From a virus: a DNA stretch of 44,586 nt. The stretch lies in the IMG/VR virus record IMGVR_UViG_3300045689_000016, one strand, 5' to 3'. A model generated the notes under the pieces. That model saw only the letters and a program-made list of their open reading frames with translations, ran no database searches and was not told where the DNA came from. Of this stretch, positions 26,614-34,460 are shown piece by piece. Position 1 is the stretch's first letter. Each line of letters begins with the position of its first letter. A program made the translations under genes and the position numbers.

Positions 26614-28565
26614 TAACTCTCAACCTCCACTCTAAATTCTTCATCCTTAGCAAACAACCGGATTAACTGACCGTTAAAACTTACATCAGTTGTGATTGAT
26701 TCTGCGTTATCTAGGAATAAAGGTACTTTAATACCTAGTCCACGAGATAGTCCTGAAACAATGTCTAAATCACATTTACCACGTTCGCCAGTTGAAGCTC
26801 CTTCTGAATAACCAACACCGTTAAAAGTAGCCTCACACACTTCTTTGATAGCTTCGTTTTTCTGAACTTCGAATAGTTTGAACTCAACAGTTTCAAAGTG
26901 ATTATTAATTGATTCAGTTAGATACTTAACTTTTTTACGAGTGAATTCATCAATTAAGAATAGTTCGCCTTCAATTTTGTTGTTACGCTCTTTCATATCA
27001 GCATCATCTTTTTTAAGTTCAGCAATTCGTTTATTAATTGGATCTACTTGGTCAAATTTAAATGTAAGTTCAATCAATCGATTAACTTCTTTCTTGGCCA
27101 AGTCACGCTCTTCAATAAACGGTTGATTAGCTTCAACTGAACTAGCCTTAGCATTTAAGATTTTTTGTTGAACATCATCAATTTCTTTTTGAATATTTTT
27201 AAATGTTTCAGATTCTTCAAATGTACCGGCTGACTGTCTTTGAGTTTCCAACTCCTTGTTTAACAAATTATATTGAGAAAGAGTTGTTTCAATTTTTGAA
27301 GTAACTTCAGCTAATGATTTTTCTTTTTCCGAAATGGTTGATTGCAGCTTTTTAATATCAGCACCCATTTTCTTACCTGCTTCAATATTCTTTTCTAGAG
27401 CAGTAGAACGTTCAGTATTAAACTTAGCTACCATATCGCTTATTTGGTTCTCCGGAAGTGATTGACCACACATAGCACATTCTTTTTTATGTTCATCAAA
27501 GGTCATGTCTTTCCATTTATGATAATCACTACGCATTAAGTCTTGTTGACTCTCTAAAGATTCTTTGTTCTGTGTGAGTGTTTTAATCTCTAAAGAAATC
27601 TCATTTTGCTTGCTTCGTAACTCAGAACCTTTAATTTGTAAGTCAGTGACTTCCTTTTGTAAATTGTCAGTTGATAGATTAACGGTTGCTAAAAACTTAT
27701 TTTTTTCTTCTGATAATTTAAGTCTTAAAGCTGATACTTCTTCATTAAACTGATTTGATGAGCCACCATTTTCAGCAGCTGCTAAATCTTGTTCCTTTTG
27801 TTCTAAAACTGTTTGAGCTTCTTTTAATTGCTCTTCAATTTTAGATTTATCAAGTTCATCGAGTTCTAAACGGTTAATCATGTCCACATTTTCTTGGATT
27901 CGACCAGGTAAAGACTCAATATCTTGTTTAATTTTTTTGCGCTCACCTTGCAGCATTTTCTTTTTATCTTCAATTGATTTCCCATCAAGAACTTTTTCCA
28001 AATCTTTTAGCTCAGGATCCATTTCAATAATCTCTGCATCAGTAAGACCAGTTAAACTAATCAAGATTTCACGTCTTGCTTTCCAGTCCATTCTCATAAA
28101 GAAACCAGCATCAATCATCATTTGGATATAAGTTGGATTGTTGATACTTTCAATAAATGCTTTCCAGTCACGTTCTAACTTCGGAACTTCATCGATATAA
28201 TAACTTGTCTTGTCATTCCCTCGAGTTTTTTCTAGTTGACCACGAGGTTTAGTCCACGTTTCAGTCATAACACGTTTTAAAGTCGTTACTTGACCATTGA
28301 TTTCTAACTCAGCTTCAACTGTTGGTTCAAGCCCTAAAATTTCTTTATTATTTTCATGTAATGGTTTAGGATTCAGATTCATCCCAGTTGTGTCTTTACC
28401 AAAGAATAACCACAGTAAACCGTCAGCTAAAGAAGTCTTACCAGAACCATTTGGTCCAATTGCTTTAGCTGATTGACCGTTAAGCTCTAGCTTGTAATCC
28501 TTAAAACCTTTGAAATTTTTGTATTGAATAAAATTTATTTTAATTTCTGTCATTTCGTGATACAC
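26613..28565 (-). CDS. Rad50 / SbcC-like SMC-type ATPase
   Basis: Walker A is GPNGSGKTSL. A long coiled coil carries a central CAMCGQ zinc-hook-like CxxC. The C-terminal LFLDNAES is a Walker B / D-loop. Confidence 0.8.
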   Translation of the reverse strand: MYHEMTEIKINFIQYKNFKGFKDYKLELNGQSAKAIGPNGSGKTSLADGLLWLFFGKDTTGMNLNPKPLHENNKEILGLEPTVEAELEINGQVTTLKRVMTETWTKPRGQLEKTRGNDKTSYYIDEVPKLERDWKAFIESINNPTYIQMMIDAGFFMRMDWKARREILISLTGLTDAEIIEMDPELKDLEKVLDGKSIEDKKKMLQGERKKIKQDIESLPGRIQENVDMINRLELDELDKSKIEEQLKEAQTVLEQKEQDLAAAENGGSSNQFNEEVSALRLKLSEEKNKFLATVNLSTDNLQKEVTDLQIKGSELRSKQNEISLEIKTLTQNKESLESQQDLMRSDYHKWKDMTFDEHKKECAMCGQSLPENQISDMVAKFNTERSTALEKNIEAGKKMGADIKKLQSTISEKEKSLAEVTSKIETTLSQYNLLNKELETQRQSAGTFEESETFKNIQKEIDDVQQKILNAKASSVEANQPFIEERDLAKKEVNRLIELTFKFDQVDPINKRIAELKKDDADMKERNNKIEGELFLIDEFTRKKVKYLTESINNHFETVEFKLFEVQKNEAIKEVCEATFNGVGYSEGASTGERGKCDLDIVSGLSRGLGIKVPLFLDNAESITTDVSFNGQLIRLFAKDEEFRVEVES

Positions 28566-28576
28566 TCTCCTTGAAT

Positions 28577-28840
28577 TTAATATTTTACTTCTGACTGATT
28601 TTGGCTTGCCGGCGAATCAGTCTTTTTTGTGTGTCCAGATATTGCCATCATTGATCCAAGTAATGCATTTAATCCATTTTGGCTAAATACCATTTCTATT
28701 GTTCTAACAGAATTAGGTCTACTCATTTCAAACTGCTCTGATTTAGCGACAATTCTATAATCACCATCTTTTAATTTTTCCAATGATAAAGTTTCTTCTG
28801 AATAATCATTAATATTTTTCGCTGTGTTCTCGACTTTCAC
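28577..28840 (-). CDS. Hypothetical early protein
   Basis: 87-aa ORF, first gene after the divergent region at 28841..28949. Confidence 0.6.
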   Translation of the reverse strand: MKVENTAKNINDYSEETLSLEKLKDGDYRIVAKSEQFEMSRPNSVRTIEMVFSQNGLNALLGSMMAISGHTKKTDSPASQNQSEVKY

Positions 28841-28917
28841 TCTTACTCACCACCTTTCAATTTATTGCCTTTATTTCTAAATTTCTAATCACTATTATTT
28901 CCTATCAATCAAATTGG

Positions 28918-28926
28918 TGTTATAAT
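28918..28926 (+). promoter_or_regulatory. Extended -10 promoter element (TGtTATAAT) for the plus-strand small-membrane-protein unit
   Basis: Perfect TATAAT preceded by TGn, 24 nt upstream of the ATG at 28950. Confidence 0.55.
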
Positions 28927-28949
28927 CTGTTGAAAAGGAGTAGTAAATT

Positions 28950-29138
28950 ATGAATAAAAAGAAAAATGTCTATTTATCTTTAAGCATTTCTTTATTCTCT
29001 ATGTTTGGTTGTACTGTTGGAATCTTTCTCGGATTATTGCACAATAATATTCTTCTTTATTTCACTATCTCATTCATTGTTAGCTACTTAATAGGTACAG
29101 CCATTGGCCTCTACTTATATAAAACCTATGACCAGTAA
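28950..29138 (+). CDS. Small two-helix membrane protein (62 aa)
   Basis: RBS AAAGGAG. Two hydrophobic segments are separated by a short polar loop. Confidence 0.6.
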   Translation: MNKKKNVYLSLSISLFSMFGCTVGIFLGLLHNNILLYFTISFIVSYLIGTAIGLYLYKTYDQ

Positions 29139-29166
29139 AATAAATCCTAAAAAGGAGTTGCTAACT

Positions 29167-29331
29167 ATGATTGATAAATGGCAACGTTTAATAATTATTT
29201 CTCTTTACGCCACTTGCTTTATCTACTTAGGTCTTAAACTACTTGATTCACTTTTAATATTCCCTTACATGTTACTTGGCATATTGTTAGCGAATACTAT
29301 TAGAAAACATTTTTTTAATAAACGTAGATGA
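29167..29331 (+). CDS. Small two-helix membrane protein (54 aa)
   Basis: The ATG at 29167 is preceded by AAAAGGAG. The ORF-track start at 29104 lacks an RBS. The C-terminus is basic. Confidence 0.6.
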   Translation: MIDKWQRLIIISLYATCFIYLGLKLLDSLLIFPYMLLGILLANTIRKHFFNKRR

Positions 29332-29348
29332 TTATATGCTGATTTTTT

Positions 29349-29357
29349 TGATATACT
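29349..29357 (+). promoter_or_regulatory. Extended -10 promoter element (TGaTATACT) for the third small membrane protein
   Basis: TGnTATACT lies 22 nt upstream of the ATG at 29379. Confidence 0.45.
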
Positions 29358-29378
29358 CTTGTAAAGGAGTTGTTTGTT

Positions 29379-29549
29379 ATGTCTAAAAATAATAAAAATG
29401 AAACTAGTTATTTAGCAATTGGCACTGGACTTGGTGTCATGTTCGGTATTCTTTTCAAAAATCTAGCACTTGGTATTGCATTGGGTGTAGGTATTGGAGT
29501 TGCCCTTGACGCTAAAAATAATAAGAATAAATCTGATAAACAAGGATGA
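29379..29549 (+). CDS. Small glycine-zipper membrane protein (56 aa); not in the ORF track
   Basis: Hand-translated as MSKNNKNETSYLAIGTGLGVMFGILFKNLALGIALGVGIGVALDAKNNKNKSDKQG. RBS is AAAGGAG. Confidence 0.6.
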   Translation: MSKNNKNETSYLAIGTGLGVMFGILFKNLALGIALGVGIGVALDAKNNKNKSDKQG

Positions 29550-29561
29550 TTTCATTCTTGT

Positions 29562-29726
29562 TTAATCAACTTTAACCAACCTTCTAGCATTCTCAGTAGT
29601 CCTTCTTAAATAAACTGGACGTCCATAGAATCTAACTGACTCTTCTTTAATTCCTAACTTAGTCGCGATCTCTTTAATTGTTCCGAACGCAATTTCTTTT
29701 TCACCTTGGTAGACTGAATAAATCAT
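29562..29726 (-). CDS. Small hypothetical protein (54 aa), possibly HTH-like
   Basis: Hand-translated as MIYSVYQGEKEIAFGTIKEIATKLGIKEESVRFYGRPVYLRRTTENARRLVKVD. Its ATG follows the TAA of the upstream ORF directly. Confidence 0.5.
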   Translation of the reverse strand: MIYSVYQGEKEIAFGTIKEIATKLGIKEESVRFYGRPVYLRRTTENARRLVKVD

Positions 29727-29891
29727 TTAAATCACCCTTTCACATTTACCTTCATTAACCTTGTAAAGCTGACCTAATCTATTTTGGATAAACTGACCAT
29801 CATTGGTATTGAACCAAGTATACGAATCAGTTTTCTTAAAACCCCAAACTTCAATATTATTACTAAAAAAATAATCTTCTGTTGGCGACAT
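29727..29891 (-). CDS. Small hypothetical protein (54 aa)
   Basis: Hand-translated as MSPTEDYFFSNNIEVWGFKKTDSYTWFNTNDGQFIQNRLGQLYKVNEGKCERVI. TAATG overlap with 29891..30178. Confidence 0.5.
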   Translation of the reverse strand: MSPTEDYFFSNNIEVWGFKKTDSYTWFNTNDGQFIQNRLGQLYKVNEGKCERVI

Positions 29892-30178
29892 TAGCTAACC
29901 TCCCAGCCATCTTGAACTAATTTAGGTTTATACTCTTTGCCAGTCCAACCATGACCGTTACATAATTCGCATTCAGTAGGTACATAGACTATTTCATCAG
30001 GTACCCAACCACTATCAGGTAAGCCAGATGGATATCTTTTTATGGTTTCCTTAGAATAAATACCTTGTCCTTTGCATTGCGGGCATTCAAAAGGAAGTTT
30101 GTACTCTTCAATAATTTGATTAAGTGTTTTATCTCCACCTAATTTATTTGCCAAATCGATAATTTCTTTTTTCTTCAC
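29891..30178 (-). CDS. Zinc-finger protein with two CxxCxGxG motifs (DnaJ-type)
   Basis: Contains CPQCKGQG and CELCNGHG. Confidence 0.65.
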   Translation of the reverse strand: MKKKEIIDLANKLGGDKTLNQIIEEYKLPFECPQCKGQGIYSKETIKRYPSGLPDSGWVPDEIVYVPTECELCNGHGWTGKEYKPKLVQDGWEVS

Positions 30179-30182
30179 TTTC

Positions 30183-30389
30183 TCACTCCTTAAAAATACT
30201 TTCTAAATACTCTTGGTCATAACCACACCATCCGTCTGAATCAGATAGCGCTTTTCTCAATTCATTAGCATTGCTAAACTCTCCAACGAATTCATCAATA
30301 TCTCCACATTCTTCACATCTTTCTGGTTCGTAATCTGGATTTGAGAATAAAGCACCGTTTAAATGATCTCTATAGATAAATAGACTCAT
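30183..30389 (-). CDS. Hypothetical early protein
   Basis: 68-aa acidic ORF, tightly packed. Confidence 0.6.
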   Translation of the reverse strand: MSLFIYRDHLNGALFSNPDYEPERCEECGDIDEFVGEFSNANELRKALSDSDGWCGYDQEYLESIFKE

Positions 30390-30393
30390 TGAC

Positions 30394-30693
30394 TCACTCC
30401 TTTAACTTCAACTGTTCATCAAACGCTTTGGTGATATTAGATATTTCTTTTCTATAATCATCAATGGTTTTGATATCTGTTCCTTTACCTAAGAGATAAT
30501 TTTTTCTTATACCTTTTAAAGCATGCTCTAAAGTTGGATAAAAACCGATTACTCTTGTACTTTGACCTGTTTCACCAGATGGTTTTACCCTAGTTGTGGT
30601 ATCTCCATTTTCATCACGGACCAACTTTTCAACTGTAATCCCGTTGTCGTTACTTCTGATTAAGTAGTCATTAACTTGCATGTCTAAGCTCAT
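30394..30693 (-). CDS. Hypothetical early protein
   Basis: 99-aa ORF with RBS AGGAGAGTGAGG. Confidence 0.65.
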   Translation of the reverse strand: MSLDMQVNDYLIRSNDNGITVEKLVRDENGDTTTRVKPSGETGQSTRVIGFYPTLEHALKGIRKNYLLGKGTDIKTIDDYRKEISNITKAFDEQLKLKE

Positions 30694-30783
30694 TTCCTCA
30701 CTCTCCTACAAAAATTTTTGACGGTTGCTTCTGGTGCTCTAATGCCTGTCACAAAGGCTAATTTACTTGAGGAGTAGTTACCG

Positions 30784-30963
30784 CTACTTCTCTTTTTTTG
30801 TCCGACTGCGATACTTTCTAATCGCTTCTCGATCAACCACAGTTTCCAGATGACTTTGATAAACTTTAACAACAGTTTGTAGAGCTTCATTCTCTTTTCG
30901 CAAAAAATCGTTCTCTACAGTTAATTTTTTAACTAATACTTGATGTTTTTCAATTTCACTCAT
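30784..30963 (-). CDS. Small coiled-coil protein (59 aa); preferred over ORF-track 30690..30890
   Basis: Hand-translated as MSEIEKHQVLVKKLTVENDFLRKENEALQTVVKVYQSHLETVVDREAIRKYRSRTKKEK. RBS is GGAGGG, 7 nt upstream. Confidence 0.5.
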   Translation of the reverse strand: MSEIEKHQVLVKKLTVENDFLRKENEALQTVVKVYQSHLETVVDREAIRKYRSRTKKEK

Positions 30964-30966
30964 TTC

Positions 30967-31101
30967 TCATCCCTCCACTCTCTCAATACTCACTAACTCA
31001 AAATGTTGATACTGATTCACCACATCTTGAAAGCTAGCTGCTTTAATTTTGTTTGTTACTTCTTTACCGTTGATAATGGCTACAACTTTATATCTGTTCA
31101 T
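30967..31101 (-). CDS. Small hypothetical protein (44 aa)
   Basis: Hand-translated as MNRYKVVAIINGKEVTNKIKAASFQDVVNQYQHFELVSIERVEG. It fills an otherwise empty gap. Confidence 0.4.
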   Translation of the reverse strand: MNRYKVVAIINGKEVTNKIKAASFQDVVNQYQHFELVSIERVEG

Positions 31102-31276
31102 TAGCATTCCTCTTATCAATAATTCGAAGCAATCCTCTTGTTACGAATAAACAGATAATAATGAATAGTGGTAACCACCAAAAGAATTTAAAATCTACTA
31201 ACATAGCACCAATTGATACTCCAAACATGAATATCCAAACTTGTGTTGCTAACATTTCAAATTGTGTGTCTGTCAT
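31088..31276 (-). CDS. Small membrane protein (62 aa)
   Basis: Two hydrophobic helices: WIFMFGVSIGAMLV and WWLPLFIIICLFV. Confidence 0.6.
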   Translation of the reverse strand: MTDTQFEMLATQVWIFMFGVSIGAMLVDFKFFWWLPLFIIICLFVTRGLLRIIDKRNANEQI

Positions 31277-31290
31277 TTGTTGACCTCCTT

Positions 31291-31557
31291 TTATTGTTCA
31301 GCCCACCAAACATCATGTATGTAAGTTAAAAACTCAGGATGTTTAAAGTGCCATGAACCACCTATTTTTTTTACTAAACCTAACTTTTCAAATTTTGGCG
31401 TACACCAGTTATCTCTAATCCAGCGAGCTTCTTTTTGGGTTTCTTTTGAAATGTCGTTAGTTAGAATGAAAGGTTTAATTAGCTTTGCTTCTATCTCACC
31501 GACTCGTTCATCTACAGCTTTACTAATAATCACTTCAAATTGTTCTTGTAGTTCCAT
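31291..31557 (-). CDS. DUF771-like protein (possible excisionase-class DNA-binding protein)
   Basis: 88 aa. The C-terminal pattern ARWIRDNWCTPKFEKLGLVKKIGGSWHFKHPEFLTYI resembles DUF771 proteins of Firmicute phages, as I recall them. Confidence 0.4.
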   Translation of the reverse strand: MELQEQFEVIISKAVDERVGEIEAKLIKPFILTNDISKETQKEARWIRDNWCTPKFEKLGLVKKIGGSWHFKHPEFLTYIHDVWWAEQ

Positions 31558-31610
31558 TTAGATCACCTCGTACTTGTTTGGCCGCTTCTTTTATTTTTTA
31601 TACGTTGTGT

Positions 31611-31814
31611 TTAAAGTTCATACATAGTGATAATTGCATCGATAATCCCATTCGCTTTAGCAGATGTATCTTTTCCACTCATAATCAATGACATACTACT
31701 TTTACTGATGTTGAATCTGTCAGCTAACATTGTATAGGTAACAAAATTATTTCTTTCTACAAACTCCTTAATTTTCTCTCTATCTTTTAGAGTGATTTCT
31801 GCAATTTCTGTCAT
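31611..31814 (-). CDS. Small HTH protein (Cro-like or early regulator)
   Basis: 67 aa. FVTYTMLADRFNISKSSMSLIMSGKD is a helix-turn-helix. Confidence 0.55.
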   Translation of the reverse strand: MTEIAEITLKDREKIKEFVERNNFVTYTMLADRFNISKSSMSLIMSGKDTSAKANGIIDAIITMYEL

Positions 31815-31872
31815 AACATCTCTCCTTTCTTTAAGTTGATATACTCACTATAGAAAGTGAGGTGAAAAATGT

Positions 31873-32226
31873 ATGGATTTTGATTTATTAACAAATGATG
31901 CTAAATATTTAATTTCTTCAATGTATAAGGAATATATAATTAGAAGAAAAAACAAAATTCCTAAAGATCAAGCTGTTGATTTCCAAAGTGTAGAGTATGT
32001 TCATACGCATTTAATGGAAGAATGGACGTATGAAGATACTCTATTTACTTGTCGAGAATTAAAAAGACAAAATTTTATTACTTCGACAAATTACGGAGAT
32101 AATAGCATGATATTAATAAGGTTAAGCACTGAATCAATAGCTATAATGGAGAATAAGTTTAAAGATAACTCTGAAAAAGCCTTAGATTTTGCGGTTAAAA
32201 TAAAATCATTAATTCCTTTTATTTAA
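31873..32226 (+). CDS. Hypothetical protein; a plus-strand orphan embedded in the early lytic region
   Basis: 117-aa ORF with RBS GAGGTGA, 7 nt upstream. Its 3' end overlaps the 3' end of the convergent gene 32209..32394 by 18 nt. Confidence 0.6.
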   Translation: MDFDLLTNDAKYLISSMYKEYIIRRKNKIPKDQAVDFQSVEYVHTHLMEEWTYEDTLFTCRELKRQNFITSTNYGDNSMILIRLSTESIAIMENKFKDNSEKALDFAVKIKSLIPFI

Positions 32227-32394
32227 ACCAAATGGATTCTCTTTCATTTCTTCAATTGATAATTCTAATCCTTCAATAGTTGTTTTTACCTCTTGTTTTA
32301 ACTCTCTATTAGCCTTAGTTTCTTCTGCCAAAGTTCTAAGGCTAATTGATATCTCTTTAAGAACATCTAACAATTCTTCGTTCACACCTCTCAC
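32209..32394 (-). CDS. First ORF on the lytic side of the switch; small coiled-coil-like protein without an obvious HTH
   Basis: 58-61 aa depending on which GTG start is used (32394 or 32385). RBS is AAGGAGAGGTGA. Confidence 0.5.
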   Translation of the reverse strand: MRGVNEELLDVLKEISISLRTLAEETKANRELKQEVKTTIEGLELSIEEMKENPFGLNKRN

Positions 32395-32456
32395 CTCTCC
32401 TTTCTCTTTATAAGAAACAAATTTAACAACTATATGTTAAACTATGTTGACAGTTT

Positions 32457-32472
32457 TTAACATGAATGTTAA
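32457..32472. promoter_or_regulatory. Operator palindrome O1 (TTAACATGAATGTTAA), overlapped by candidate plus-strand promoter TTGACA-17-TAATAT (32447..32475)
   Basis: Perfect 7-bp arms. The same arms recur at 32600..32615. Half-sites occur at 32434..32440 and 32632..32638. Confidence 0.65.
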
Positions 32473-32599
32473 TATAAATTCATAGTTAAATAAGACATAA
32501 AAACATTGATTCAATCACTTTCTTGGCGGATGGCGATTTATAAATCAGTCTAGTTTTTTGTTGTCTTTTTAGTTGTTAAACTTGTTTACAAGAATTATA

Positions 32600-32615
32600 T
32601 TAACATGTATGTTAA
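32600..32615. promoter_or_regulatory. Operator palindrome O2 (TTAACATGTATGTTAA), overlapped by candidate minus-strand promoter TTGAAA-17-TAATAT (32597..32625)
   Basis: Perfect 7-bp arms identical to O1. It lies in the 285-bp gap between the repressor gene and the first lytic ORF. Confidence 0.65.
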
Positions 32616-32679
32616 TTATTTTCAATCATTTTTAACATAAAAGTTTATTTTTCTTGTAACTTTTAAGGAGAATGTTGAT

Positions 32680-32994
32680 ATGACAGTGTTTGATAGAATC
32701 AAATTATTAGCTGACAAGCAAGGTAAATCTCTAAACAAAGTTGAAGAAGAGTTAGGATTATCAAAAAATGTATTGTATAGAATGAAAAACTCTGACAACC
32801 CTACAAAGGATAGGTTAGAAATTTTAGCTGACTATTTTGATGTATCAGTTGACTACCTTTTAGGTAGAGAAGACATCCCATCTCTTGCAGAAAAATATGG
32901 GGCTTTTGCTTTCGATGGAGAACCTATCAGTGATGAAGAAATGGAATTCTTACTTTCAGTATTAGATGCTAAAAGGAAGGCAGAAAAGAAATAA
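32680..32994 (+). CDS. XRE / CI-like phage repressor
   Basis: The N-terminal HTH is RIKLLADKQGKSLNKVEEELGLSKNVLYRMKN. It is followed by an ImmA-type protease gene, forming a typical pair. Confidence 0.8.
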   Translation: MTVFDRIKLLADKQGKSLNKVEEELGLSKNVLYRMKNSDNPTKDRLEILADYFDVSVDYLLGREDIPSLAEKYGAFAFDGEPISDEEMEFLLSVLDAKRKAEKK

Positions 32995-33007
32995 GGCGAG
33001 TGATTTT

Positions 33008-33418
33008 ATGCATGAGGTAGATAGTAGATTAATAACAAAGGTTAAAGGGATGGGATTAGATTTAGTTTTTGCTGACAACATTAGCCGAAGTGGTGTCTAT
33101 ATAGCAAAGAAGAAAACAATCATTATTAATTCTAAGTTGTTAGATTATGAGAATGCTGATTTTAAAGTTGCTCACGAGTTAGCTCATTGTACAAGAAGAC
33201 ATGAAGAGTTGGTTTCTTATTACAATGCCACTAGTTCAGCAAGAATGAAGTTAGAACACGATGCGAACCTTATCGCTATTGATATTTTATTAGAAATTTA
33301 TCTAAATAGTTATGACGGAGAAAAAGAACAATTAAACGCTTATCGTTTTATGGAGTACTACAAAATTGAACACCGGTTTGAAAATCGAGTTCGTGAAGGA
33401 ATGTTAAACTACACATAA
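33008..33418 (+). CDS. ImmA / IrrE-family zinc metalloprotease (anti-repressor protease)
   Basis: Contains the HExxH motif (VAHELAHC) and lies directly downstream of the repressor. I prefer the start at 33008 over 32966. Confidence 0.75.
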   Translation: MHEVDSRLITKVKGMGLDLVFADNISRSGVYIAKKKTIIINSKLLDYENADFKVAHELAHCTRRHEELVSYYNATSSARMKLEHDANLIAIDILLEIYLNSYDGEKEQLNAYRFMEYYKIEHRFENRVREGMLNYT

Positions 33419-33504
33419 AAACACCACTCTCCCCTACCAAGTTTGAGTGATGTTTAAGTTTTGAATCCAAATATATTTTATCATATTTGGAGGAGTTAAT
33501 TAAG

Positions 33505-34293
33505 ATGAGAAAAGTCTTATTATGTATTGCCCTTACTACAGTTTTTTTATCTGGATGTACCAAAAATGAAACAACTAAGAAAACTGCTGAATCTACTAAA
33601 GAATCAACAATTGTTTCATCAACACGTAAAGAAGTAGAGCTTAAAGTTTACTACCCAGAATATAACATTGAAAAAAAGACCTATAAGATTTCCGGTAAAG
33701 TAGATGAAAAAAAGAAAGTTACTGCATCAATCAACGGTGGACAAAAGGATGATGTAAAAATCACAGCATCTGGATCTATAGATTATTCTGGAACTATACC
33801 AGAAACAGATACTGATATTTTGTTTTCAGATGGAGAGAAAGAAATAATAATCACTGTTAAATCTCTTGTTACTTTGGAAAAAGAAAAAATTGAAAAACAG
33901 GCTGAATTAGATAAGCAAAAACAAGAAGAAGAAAAGAAAGAATCAGAAACTACTGTTAGTAAATCTTCTGAGGAAAGTTATGAACCAACAAAAGAATCTT
34001 CTATCTCTAACAACATAAAAGCAGAAGTTACGAAAGACCAAAAAGAACTCCTTGTAGTCTTTACTCAGCAAGATTTAGATGATAGAGATATCTCTTATAA
34101 GTATCAAGGTTATGACGCTTGGAATGTAGTCACAAACGATACTAGTGAATTAAAACGATATATTATTACCACTCAAGATAAAAAAGCTGGCAGAGTAAAA
34201 TCTATTTATGAGTGGACTGGTAAAAAAGAAGATGGTGCCACCTTAATTTACTTATTAGTTGGTGGAGAAGAATATGTTAATTATTTAAGATAA
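33505..34293 (+). CDS. Prophage lipoprotein; candidate superinfection-exclusion protein analogous to Ltp
   Basis: The signal peptide MRKVLLCIALTTVFLSGC contains the lipobox LSGC. RBS is GGAGGAG, 9 nt upstream of the ATG at 33505. It lies between the repressor module and the integrase. Confidence 0.75.
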   Translation: MRKVLLCIALTTVFLSGCTKNETTKKTAESTKESTIVSSTRKEVELKVYYPEYNIEKKTYKISGKVDEKKKVTASINGGQKDDVKITASGSIDYSGTIPETDTDILFSDGEKEIIITVKSLVTLEKEKIEKQAELDKQKQEEEKKESETTVSKSSEESYEPTKESSISNNIKAEVTKDQKELLVVFTQQDLDDRDISYKYQGYDAWNVVTNDTSELKRYIITTQDKKAGRVKSIYEWTGKKEDGATLIYLLVGGEEYVNYLR

Positions 34294-34460
34294 CATAAAT
34301 AAAATAAGCACGTCCCTATCCCGACCAAGAGAAATGACGTGCTTAACAATAAAATTCTATCTATGCAATATACTTATTATCTTTTTACCAAATTGAAGGG
34401 AGTGATGCCTAATTTCGTATTAACCAAGTCTTGTTTGGCCGCAAGAAAGGTTAGATAAAA

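Noticed and set aside
30690-30890. 66-aa ORF-track candidate
   Set aside because: It has no RBS and an odd basic, hydrophobic composition. The overlapping 59-aa frame (30784..30963) has a GGAGGG RBS and a coiled-coil sequence, so I preferred that one.
32521-32530. The GC-rich 10-mer TCTTGGCGGA is shared between the switch region and the attP region (35651..35660)
   Set aside because: Only 10 bp match and the flanks do not. A chance match in 2 x 44 kb is plausible, and no functional model is supported.
33348-33563. 71-aa minus-strand ORF spanning the ImmA / lipoprotein junction
   Set aside because: It overlaps two well-supported plus-strand genes, has no RBS and its translation is implausible.
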